Assembly: GCA_964057225.1 (NCBI GenBank)
Contig: OZ059894.1
Coordinates: 4,588,001 to 4,652,000, forward strand
Length of the DNA: 64,000 bases
Source of the DNA: Auanema rhodensis
Taxonomy: Eukaryota > Animalia > Nematoda
Reading direction: 5' to 3'
Numbering within the stretch: position 1 is the stretch's first letter; the number at the start of each line of letters is the position of its first letter. This document shows positions 12,601 through 24,900 of this stretch, piece after piece. The notes beneath the pieces were generated by a model. It saw only the letters and a list, made by a program, of their open reading frames with translations, was not told the DNA's origin and did not search any database. The translations under genes and the position numbers were made by a program.

Positions 12601-13338
12601 ATTTTTCGAAAAAATTTTTGTCAAAATGTTTTTGGAAGCAATGTTGAGTGTACATGGAAACTCAACATACACTAATGCATCATTTTTCAAACGATCATAA
12701 CTAATTTTTGTATTAAGCTTTTCTCAATGTAGTATAGTGCATTCGATGCGGATTTTTAAGCTGCGTCGATCTGTGTTATCAGATTTGCGCTAGCTTAAAA
12801 ATGCACCGAGATATCAACTGATATAAGTTCACACTTATATCCTCGATTTTCACCCTGAAGAATTAATTTTTTCGTTGAATAACATCGTCCATCGTCTTTG
12901 CCTTGAAAAATGGAATCTAAAAACATCTACTTTTTGCTAAATTATTTTGAAATTTTTCGAAAAAATTTTTGTCAAAATGTTTTTGGAAGCAATGTTGAGT
13001 GTACATGGAAACTCAACATACACTAATGCATCATTTTTCAAACGATCATAACTAATTTTTGTATTAAGCGTTTCTCAATGTAGTATAGTGCATTCGATGC
13101 GGATTTTTAAGCTGCGTCGATCTGTGTTATCAGATTTGCGCTAGCTTAAAAATGCACCGAGATATCAACTGATATAAGTTCACACTTATATCCTCGATTT
13201 TCACCCTGAAGAATTAATTTTTTCGTTGAATAACATTGTCCATCGTCTTTGCCTTGAAAAATGAAATCTAAAAACATCTACTTTTTGCTAAATTATTTTG
13301 AAATTTTTCGAAAAAATTTTTGTCAAAATGTTTTTGGA

Positions 13339-16300
13339 AGCAATGTTGAGTGTACATGGAAACTCAACATACACTAATGCATCATTTTTCAAACGATCAT
13401 AACTAATTTTTGTATTAAGCGTTTCTCAATGTAGTATAGTGCATTCGATGCGGATTTTTAAGCTGCGTCGATCTGTGTTATCAGATTTGCGCTAGCTTAA
13501 AAATGCACCGAGATATCAACTGATATAAGTTCACACTTACATCCTCGATTTTCACCCTGAAGAATTAATTTTTTCGTTGAATAACATTGTCCATCGTCTT
13601 TGCCTTGAAAAATGGAATCTAAAAACATCTACTTTTTGCTGAATTATCTTGAAATTTTTCGAAAAAATTTTTGTCAAAATGTTTTTGGAAGCAATGTTGA
13701 GTGTACATGGAAACTCAACTTACACTAATGCATCATTTTTCAAACGATCATAACTAATTTTTGTATTAAGCGTTTCTCAATGTAGTATAGTGCATTCGAT
13801 GCGGATGTTCAAGCTGCGTCGATCTGTGTTATCAGATTTGCGCTAGCTTAAAAATGCACCGAGATATCAACTTTTATAAGTTCACACTTATATCCTCGAT
13901 TTTCACCCTGAAGAATTTATTTTTTCGTTGAATAACATTGTCCATCGTCTTTGCCTTGAAAAATGGAATCTAAAAACATCTACTTTTTGCTGAATTATTT
14001 TGAAATTTTTCGAAAAAATTTTTGTCAAAATGTTTTTGGAAGCAATGTTGAGTGTACATGGAAACTCAACATACACTAATGCATCATTTTTCAAACGATC
14101 ATAACTAATTTTTGTATCAAGTGTTTCTCAATGTAGTATAGTGCATTCGATGCGGATTTTTAAGCTGCGTCGATCTGTGTTATCAGATTTGCGCTAGCTT
14201 AAAAATGCACCGAGATATCAACTGATATAAGTTCACACTTATATCCTCGATTTTCACCCTGAAGAATTAATTTTTTCGTTGAATAACATTGTCCATCGTC
14301 TTTGCCTTGAAAAATGAAATCTAAAAACATCTACTTTTTGCTAAATTATTTTGAAATTTTTCGAAAAAATTTTTGTCAAAATGTTTTTGGAAGCAATGTT
14401 GAGTGTACATGGAAACTCAACATACACTAATGCATCATTTTTCAAACGATCATAACTAATTTTTGTATTAAGCGTTTCTCAATGTAGTATAGTGCATTCG
14501 ATGCGGATTTTTAAGCTGCGTCGATCTGTGTTATCAGATTTGCGCTAGCTTAAAAATGCACCGAGATATCAACTGATATAAGTTCACACTTACATCCTCG
14601 ATTTTCACCCTGAAGAATTAATTTTTTCGTTGAATAACATTGTCCATCGTCTTTGCCTTGAAAAATGGAATCTAAAAACATCTACTTTTTGCTGAATTAT
14701 CTTGAAATTTTTCGAAAAAATTTTTGTCAAAATGTTTTTGGAAGCAATGTTGAGTGTACATGGAAACTCAACTTACACTAATGCATCATTTTTCAAACGA
14801 TCATAACTAATTTTTGTATTAAGCGTTTCTCAATGTAGTATAGTGCATTCGATGCGGATGTTCAAGCTGCGTCGATCTGTGTTATCAGATTTGCGCTAGC
14901 TTAAAAATGCACCGAGATATCAACTTTTATAAGTTCACACTTATATCCTCGATTTTCACCCTGAAGAATTTATTTTTTCGTTGAATAACATTGTCCATCG
15001 TCTTTGCCTTGAAAAATGGAATCTAAAAACATCTACTTTTTGCTGAATTATTTTGAAATTTTTCGAAAAAATTTTTGTCAAAATGTTTTTGGAAGCAATG
15101 TTGAGTGTACATGGAAACTCAACATACACTAATGCATCATTTTTCAAACGATCATAACTAATTTTTGTATCAAGTGTTTCTCAATGTAGTATAGTGCATT
15201 CGATGCGGATTTTTAAGCTGCGTCGATCTGTGTTATCAGATTTGCGCTAGCTTAAAAATGCACCGAGATATCAACTGATATAAGTTCACACTTATATCCT
15301 CGATTTTCACCCTGAAGAATTAATTTTTTCGTTGAATAACATTGTCCATCGTCTTTGCCTTGAAAAATGGAATCTAAAAACATCTACTTTTTGCTGAATT
15401 ATCTTGAAATTTTTCGAAAAAATTTTTGTCAAAATGTTTTTGGAAGCAATGTTGAGTGTACATGGAAACTCAACATACACTAATGCATCATTTTTCAAAC
15501 GATCATAACTAATTTTTGTATCAAGTGTTTCTCAATGTAATATAGTGCATTCGATGCGGATTTTTAAGCTGCGTCGATCTGTGTTATCAGATTTGCGCTA
15601 GCTTAAAAATGCACCGAGATATCAACTGATATAAGTTCACACTTATATCCTCGATTTTCACCCTGAAGAATTAATTTTTTCGTTGAATAACATTGTCCAT
15701 CGTCTTTGCCTTGAAAAATGGAATCTAAAAACATCTACTTTTTGCTAAATTATTTTGAAATTTTTCGAAAAAATTTTTGTCAAAATGTTTTTGGAAGCAA
15801 TGTTGAGTGTACATGGAAACTCAACATACACTAATGCATCATTTTTCAAACGATCATAACTAATTTTTGTATTAAGCGTTTCTCAATGTAGTATAGTGCA
15901 TTCGATGCGGATTTTTAAGCTGCGTCGATCTGTGTTATCAGATTTGCGCTAGCTTAAAAATGCACCGAGATATCAACTGATATAAGTTCACACTTATATC
16001 CTCGATTTTCACCCTGAAGAAATAATTTTTTCGTTGAATAACATTGTCCATCGTCTTTGCCTTGAAAAAAGGAATCTAAAAACATCTACTTTTTGCTAAA
16101 TTATTTTGAAATTTTTCGAAAAAATTTTTGTCAAAATGTTTTTGGAAGCAATGTTGAGTGTACATGGAAACTCAACATACACTAATGCATCATTTTTCAA
16201 ACGATCATAACTAATTTTTGTATCAAGTGTTTCTCAATGTAATATAGTGCATTCGATGCGGATTTTTAAGCTGCGTCGATCTGTGTTATCAGATTTGCGC

Positions 16301-18954
16301 TAGCTTAAAAATGCACTGAGATATCAACTGATATAAGTTCACACTTATATCCTCGATTTTCACCCTGAAGAATTAATTTTTTCGTTGAATAACATTGTCC
16401 ATCGTCTTTGCCTTGAAAAATGGAATCTAAAAACATCTACTTTTTGCTAAATTATTTTGAAATTTTTCGAAAAAATTTTTGTCAAAATGTTTTTGGAAGC
16501 AATGTTGAGTGTACATGGAAACTCAACATACACTAATGCATCATTTTTCAAACGATCATAACTAAATTTTGTATTAAGCGTTTCTCAATGTAGTATAGTG
16601 CATTCGATGCGGATTTTTAAGCTGCGTCGATCTGTGTTATCAGATTTGCGCTAGCTTAAAAATGCACCGAGATATCAACTGATATAAGTTCACACTTATA
16701 TCCTCGATGTTCACCCTGAAGAATTAATTTTTTCGTTGAATAACATTGTCCATCGTCTTTGCCTTGAAAAATGAAATTTAAAAACATCTACTTTTTGCTA
16801 AATTATTTTGAAATTTTTCGAAAAAATTTTTGTCAAAATGTTTTTGGAAGCAATGTTGAGTGTACATGGAAACTCAACATACACTAATGCATCATTTTTC
16901 AAACGATCATAACTAATTTTTGTATTAAGCGTTTCTCAATGTAGTATAGTGCATTCGATGCGGATTTTTAAGCTGCGTCGATCTGTGTTATCAGATTTGC
17001 GCTAGCTTAAAAATGCACCGAGATATCAACTGATATAAGTTCACACTTACATCCTCGATTTTCACCCTGAAGAATTAATTTTTTCGTTGAATAACATTGT
17101 CCATCGTCTTTGCCTTGAAAAATGGAATCTAAAAACATCTACTTTTTGCTGAATTATCTTGAAATTTTTCGAAAAAATTTTTGTCAAAATGTTTTTGGAA
17201 GCAATGTTGAGTGTACATGGAAACTCAACTTACACTAATGCATCATTTTTCAAACGATCATAACTAATTTTTGTATTAAGCGTTTCTCAATGTAGTATAG
17301 TGCATTCGATGCGGATGTTCAAGCTGCGTCGATCTGTGTTATCAGATTTGCGCTAGCTTAAAAATGCACCGAGATATCAACTTTTATAAGTTCACACTTA
17401 TATCCTCGATTTTCACCCTGAAGAATTTATTTTTTCGTTGAATAACATTGTCCATCATCTTTGCCTTGAAAAATGGAATCTAAAAACATCTACTTTTTGC
17501 TGAATTATTTTGAAATTTTTCGAAAAAATTTTTGTCAAAATGTTTTTGGAAGCAATGTTGAGTGTACATGGAAACTCAACATACACTAATGCATCATTTT
17601 TCAAACGATCATAACTAATTTTTGTATCAAGTGTTTCTCAATGTAGTATAGTGCATTCGATGCGGATTTTTAAGCTGCGTCGATCTGTGTTATCAGATTT
17701 GCGCTAGCTTAAAAATGCACCGAGATATCAACTGATATAAGTTCACACTTATATCCTCGATTTTCACCCTGAAGAATTAATTTTTTCGTTGAATAACATT
17801 GTCCATCGTCTTTGCCTTGAAAAATGGAATCTAAAAACATCTACTTTTTGCTGAATTATCTTGAAATTTTTCGAAAAAATTTTTGTCAAAATGTTTTTGG
17901 AAGCAATGTTGAGTGTACATGGAAACTCAACATACACTAATGCATCATTTTTCAAACGATCATAACTAATTTTTGTATCAAGTGTTTCTCAATGTAATAT
18001 AGTGCATTCGATGCGGATTTTTAAGCTGCGTCGATCTGTGTTATCAGATTTGCGCTAGCTTAAAAATGCACCGAGATATCAACTGATATAAGTTCACACT
18101 TATATCCTCGATTTTCACCCTGAAGAATTAATTTTTTCGTTGAATAACATTGTCCATCGTCTTTGCCTTGAAAAATGGAATCTAAAAACATCTACTTTTT
18201 GCTAAATTATTTTGAAATTTTTCGAAAAAATTTTTGTCAAAATGTTTTTGGAAGCAATGTTGAGTGTACATGGAAACTCAACATACACTAATGCATCATT
18301 TTTCAAACGATCATAACTAATTTTTGTATTAAGCGTTTCTCAATGTAGTATAGTGCATTCGATGCGGATTTTTAAGCTCCGTCGATCTGTGTTATCAGAT
18401 TTGCGCTAGCTTAAAAATGCACCGAGATATCAACTGATATAAGTTCACACTTATATCCTCGATTTTCACCCTGAAGAAATAATTTTTTCGTTGAATAACA
18501 TTGTCCATCGTCTTTGCCTTGAAAAAAGGAATCTAAAAACATCTACTTTTTGCTAAATTATTTTGAAATTTTTCGAAAAAATTTTTGTCAAAATGTTTTT
18601 GGAAGCAATGTTGAGTGTACATGGAAACTCAACATACACTAATGCATCATTTTTCAAACGATCATAACTAATTTTTGTATCAAGTGTTTCTCAATGTAAT
18701 ATAGTGCATTCGATGCGGATTTTTAAGCTGCGTCGATCTGTGTTATCAGATTTGCGCTAGCTTAAAAATGCACTGAGATATCAACTGATATAAGTTCACA
18801 CTTATATCCTCGATTTTCACCCTGAAGAATTAATTTTTTCGTTGAATAACTTTGTCCATCGTCTTTGCCTTGAAAAATGGAATCTAAAAACATCTACTTT
18901 TTGCTAAATTATTTTGAAATTTTTCGAAAAAATTTTTGTCAAAATGTTTTTGGA
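13339..18954. repeat. Nested higher-order duplications: 3-mer (1053 bp) and 7-mer (2457 bp)
   Basis: Divergent monomer (CAACTTAC, GATGTTCAAG, CTTTTATA) starts at 13690, 14743 and 17200. The ORF track shows the same spacings (13903 to 14956; 15307 to 17764). Confidence 0.88.
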
Positions 18955-21900
18955 AGCAATGTTGAGTGTACATGGAAACTCAACATACACTAATGCATCA
19001 TTTTTCAAACGATCATAACTAATTTTTGTATTAAGCGTTTCTCAATGTAGTATAGTGCATTCGATGCGGATTTTTAAGCTGCGTCGATCTGTGTTATCAG
19101 ATTTGCGCTAGCTTAAAAATGCACCGAGATATCAACTGATATAAGTTCACACTTATATCCTCGATTTTCACCCTGAAGAAATAATTTTTTCGTTGAATAA
19201 CATTGTCCATCGTCTTTGCCTTGAAAAAAGGAATCTAAAAACATCTACTTTTTGCTAAATTATTTTGAAATTTTTCGAAAAAATTTTTGTCAAAATGTTT
19301 TTGGAAGCAATGTTGAGTGTACATGGAAACTCAACATACACTAATGCATCATTTTTCAAACGATTATAACTAATTTTTGTATCAAGCGTTTCTCAATGTA
19401 GTATAGTGCATTCGATGCGGATTTTCAAGCTGCGTCGATCTGTGTTATCAGATTTGCGCTAGCTTAAAAATGCACCGAGATATCAACTGATATAAGTTCA
19501 CACTTATATCCTCGATTTTCACCCTGAAGAATTAATTTTTTCGTTGAATAACATTGTCCATCGTCTTTGCCTTGAAAAATGGAATCTAAAAACATCTACT
19601 TTTTGCTAAATTATTTTGAAATTTTTCGAAAAAATTTTTGTCAAAATGTTTTTGGAAGCAATGTTGAGTGTACATGGAAACTCAACATACACTAATGCAT
19701 CATTTTTCAAACAATCATAACTAATTTTTGTATTAAGCGTTTCTCAATGTAGTATAGTGCATTCGATGCGGATTTTTAAGCTGCGTCGATCTGTGTTATC
19801 AGATTTGCGCTAGCTTAAAAATGCACCGAGATATCAACTGATATAAGTTCACACTTATATCCTCGATTTTCACCCTGAAGAAATAATTTTTTCGTTGAAT
19901 AACATTGTCCATCGTTTTTGCCTTGAAAAAAGGAATCTAAAAACATCTACTTTTTGCTAAATTATTTTGAAATTTTTCGAAAAAATTTTTGTCAAAATGT
20001 TTTTGGAAGCAATGTTGAGTGTACATGGAAACTCAACATACACTAATGCATCATTTTTCAAACGATTATAACTAATTTTTGTATCAAGCGTTTCTTAATG
20101 TAGTATAGTGCATTCGATCCGGATTTTTAAGCTGCGTCGATCTGTGTTATCAGATTTGCGCTAGCTTAAAAATGCACCGAGATATCAACTGATATAAGTT
20201 CACACTTATATCCTCGATTTTCACCCTGAAGAATTAATTTTTTCGTTGAATAACATTGTCCATCGTCTTTGCCTTGAAAAATGGAATCTAAAAACATCTA
20301 CTTTTTGCTAAATTATTTTGAAATTTTTCGAAAAAATTTTTGTCAAAATGTTTTTGGAAGCAATGTTGAGTGTACATGGAAACTCAACATACACTAATGC
20401 ATCATTTTTCAAACGATCATAACTAATTTTTGTATTAAGCGTTTCTCAATGTAGTATAGTGCATTCGATGCGGATTTTTAAGCTGCGTCGATCTGTGTTA
20501 TCAGATTTGCGCTAGCTTAAAAATGCACCCAGATATCAACTGATATAAGTTCACACTTATATCCTCGATTTTCACCCTGAAGAAATAATTTTTTCGTTGA
20601 ATAACATTGTCCATCGTCTTTGCCTTGAAAAAAGGAATCTAAAAACATCTACTTTTTGCTAAATTATTTTGAAATTTTTCGAAAAAATTTTTGTCAAAAT
20701 GTTTTTGGAAGCAATGTTGAGTGTACATGGAAACTCAACATACACTAATGCATCATTTTTCAAACGATTATAACTAATTTTTGTATCAAGCGTTTCTCAA
20801 TGTAGTATAGTGCATTCGATGCGGATTTTTAAGCTGCGTCGATCTGTGTTATCAGATTTGCGCTAGCTTAAAAATGCACCGAGATATCAACTGATATAAG
20901 TTCACACTTATATCCTCGATTTTCACCCTGAAGAATTAATTTTTTCGTTGAATAACATTGTCCATCGTCTTTGCCTTGAAAAATGGAATCTAAAAACATC
21001 TACTTTTTGCTAAATTATTTTGAAATTTTTCGAAAAAATTTTTGTCAAAATGTTTTTGGAAGCAATGTTGAGTGTACATGGAAACTCAACATACACTAAT
21101 GCATCATTTTTCAAACGATCATAACTAATTTTTGTATTAAGCGTTTCTCAATGTAGTATAGTGCATTCGATGCGGATTTTTAAGCTGCGTCGATCTGTGT
21201 TATCAGATTTGCGCTAGCTTAAAAATGCACCGAGATATCAACTGATATAAGTTCACACTTATATCCTCGATTTTCACCCTGAAGAAATAATTTTTTCGTT
21301 GAATAACATTGTCCATCGTCTTTGCCTTGAAAAAAGGAATCTAAAAACATCTACTTTTTGCTAAATTATTTTGAAATTTTTCGAAAAAATTTTTGTCAAA
21401 ATGTTTTTGGAAGCAATGTTGAGTGTACATGGAAACTCAACATACACTAATGCATCATTTTTCAAACGATTATAACTAATTTTTGTATCAAGCGTTTCTC
21501 AATGTAGTATAGTGCATTCGATGCGGATTTTTAAGCTGCGTCGATCTGTGTTATCAGATTTGCGCTAGCTTAAAAATGCACCGAGATATCAACTGATATA
21601 AGTTCACACTTATATCCTCGATTTTCACCCTGAAGAATTAATTTTTTCGTTGAATAACATTGTCCATCGTCTTTGCCTTGAAAAATGGAATCTAAAAACA
21701 TCTACTTTTTGCTAAATTATTTTGAAATTTTTCGAAAAAATTTTTGTCAAAATGTTTTTGGAAGCAATGTTGAGTGTACATGGAAACTCAACATACACTA
21801 ATGCATCATTTTTCAAACAATCATAACTAATTTTTGTATTAAGCGTTTCTCAATGTAGTATAGTGCATTCGATGCGGATTTTTAAGCTGCGTCGATCTGT

Positions 21901-24900
21901 GTTATCAGATTTGCGCTAGCTTAAAAATGCACCGAGATATCAACTGATATAAGTTCACACTTATATCCTCGATTTTCACCCTGAAGAATTGATTTTTTCG
22001 TTGAATAACATTGTCCATCGTCTTTGCCTTGAAAAATGGAATCTAAAAACATCTACTTTTTGCTAAATTATTTTGAAATTTTTCGAAAAAATTTTTGTCA
22101 AAATGTTTTTGGAAGCAATGTTGAGTGTACATGGAAACTCAACATACACTAATGCATCATTTTTCAAACGATCATAACTAATTTTTGTATCAAGCGTTTC
22201 TTAATGTAGTATAGTGCATTCGATCCGGATTTTTAAGCTGCGTCGATCTGTGTTATCAGATTTGCGCTAGCTTAAAAATGCACCGAGATATCAACTGATA
22301 TAAGTTCACACTTATATCCTCGATTTTCACCCTGAAGAATTAATTTTTTCGTTGAATAACATTGTCCATCGTCTTTGCCTTGAAAAATGGAATCTAAAAA
22401 CATCTACTTTTTGCTAAATTATTTTGAAATTTTTCGAAAAAATTTTTGTCAAAATGTTTTTGGAAGCAATGTTGAGTGTACATGGAAACTCAACATACAC
22501 TAATGCATCATTTTTCAAACGATCATAACTAATTTTTGTATCAAGCGTTTCTTAATGTAGTATAGTGCATTCGATCCGGATTTTTAAGCTGCGTCGATCT
22601 GTGTTATCAGATTTGCGCTAGCTTAAAAATGCACCGAGATATCAACTGAGATAAGTTCACACTTATATCCTCGATTTTCACCCTGAAGAATTAATTTTTT
22701 CGTTGAATAACATTGTCCATCGTCTTTGCCTTGAAAAATGGAATCTAAAAACATCTACTTTTTGCTAAATTATTTTGAAATTTTTCGAAAAAATTTTTGT
22801 CAAAATGTTTTTGGAAGCAATGTTGAGTGTACATGGAAACTCAACATACACTAATGCATCATTTTTCAAACGATCATGACTAATTTTTGTATCAAGCGTT
22901 TCTTAATGTAGTATAGTGCATTCGATCCGGATTTTTAAGCTGCGTCGATCTGTGTTATCAGATTTGCGCTAGCTTAAAAATGCACCGAGATATCAACTGA
23001 TATAAGTTCACACTTATATCCTCGATTTTCACCCTGAAGAATTAATTTTTTCGTTGAATAACATTGTCCATCGTCTTTGCCTTGAAAAATGGAATCTAAA
23101 AACATCTACTTTTTGCTGAATTATCTTGAAATTTTTCGAAAAAATTTTTGTCAAAATGTTTTTGGAAGCAATGTTGAGTGTACATGGAAACTCAACATAC
23201 ACTAATGCATCATTTTTCAAACGATCATAACTAATTTTTGTATCAAGTGTTTCTCAATGTAATATAGTGCATTCGATGCGGATTTTTAAGCTGCGTCGAT
23301 CTGTGTTATCAGATTTGCGCTAGCTTAAAAATGCACCGAGATATCAACTGATATAAGTTCACACTTATATCCTCGATTTTCACCCTGAAGAATTAATTTT
23401 TTCGTTGAATAACATTGTCCATCGTCTTTGCCTTGAAAAATGGAATCTAAAAACATCTACTTTTTGCTAAATTATTTTGAAATTTTTCGAAAAAATTTTT
23501 GTCAAAATGTTTTTGGAAGCAATGTTGAGTGTACATGGAAACTCAACATACACTAATGCATCATTTTTCAAACGATCATAACTAATTTTTGTATTAAGCG
23601 TTTCTCAATGTAGTATAGTGCATTCGATGCGGATTTTTAAGCTGCGTCGATCTGTGTTATCAGATTTGCGCTAGCTTAAAAATGCACCGAGATATCAACT
23701 GATATAAGTTCACACTTATATCCTCGATTTTCACCCTGAAGAAATAATTTTTTCGTTGAATAACATTGTCCATCGTCTTTGCCTTGAAAAAAGGAATCTA
23801 AAAACATCTACTTTTTGCTAAATTATTTCGAAATTTTTCGAAAAAATTTTTGTCAAAATGTTTTTGGAAGCAATGTTGAGTGTACATGGAAACTCAACAT
23901 ACACTAATGCATCATTTTTCAAACGATTATAACTAATTTTTGTATCAAGCGTTTCTCAATGTAGTATAGTGCATTCGATGCGGATTTTTAAGCTGCGTCG
24001 ATCTGTGTTATCAGATTTGCGCTAGCTTAAAAATGCACCGAGATATCAACTGATATAAGTTCACACTTATATCCTCGATTTTCACCCTGAAGAATTAATT
24101 TTTTCGTTGAATAACATTGTCCATCGTCTTTGCCTTGAAAAATGGAATCTAAAAACATCTACTTTTTGCTAAATTATTTTGAAATTTTTCGAAAAAATTT
24201 TTGTCAAAATGTTTTTGGAAGCAATGTTGAGTGTACATGGAAACTCAACATACACTAATGCATCATTTTTCAAACAATCATAACTAATTTTTGTATTAAG
24301 CGTTTCTCAATGTAGTATAGTGCATTCGATGCGGATTTTTAAGCTGCGTCGATCTGTGTTATCAGATTTGCGCTAGCTTAAAAATGCACCGAGATATCAA
24401 CTGATATAAGTTCACACTTATATCCTCGATTTTCACCCTGAAGAAATAATTTTTTCGTTGAATAACATTGTCCATCGTTTTTGCCTTGAAAAAAGGAATC
24501 TAAAAACATCTACTTTTTGCTAAATTATTTTGAAATTTTTCGAAAAAATTTTTGTCAAAATGTTTTTGGAAGCAATGTTGAGTGTACATGGAAACTCAAC
24601 ATACACTAATGCATCATTTTTCAAACGATTATAACTAATTTTTGTATCAAGCGTTTCTTAATGTAGTATAGTGCATTCGATCCGGATTTTTAAGCTGCGT
24701 CGATCTGTGTTATCAGATTTGCGCTAGCTTAAAAATGCACCGAGATATCAACTGAGATAAGTTCACACTTATATCCTCGATTTTCACCCTGAAGAATTAA
24801 TTTTTTCGTTGAATAACATTGTCCATCGTCTTTGCCTTGAAAAATGGAATCTAAAAACATCTACTTTTTGCTAAATTATTTTGAAATTTTTCGAAAAAAT

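Noticed and set aside
13903-23220. Five identical 63-aa minus-strand ORFs (MKNDALVYVEF...)
   Set aside because: They start at TTG, straddle the monomer junction and exist only where A303G removes a TAG stop. Sibling copies are broken by other SNPs (CAACTTAC gives TAA; CATCATCT at ~17457 gives TGA). The K/F/I/N-rich composition reflects A/T tracts, and I recognise no domain.
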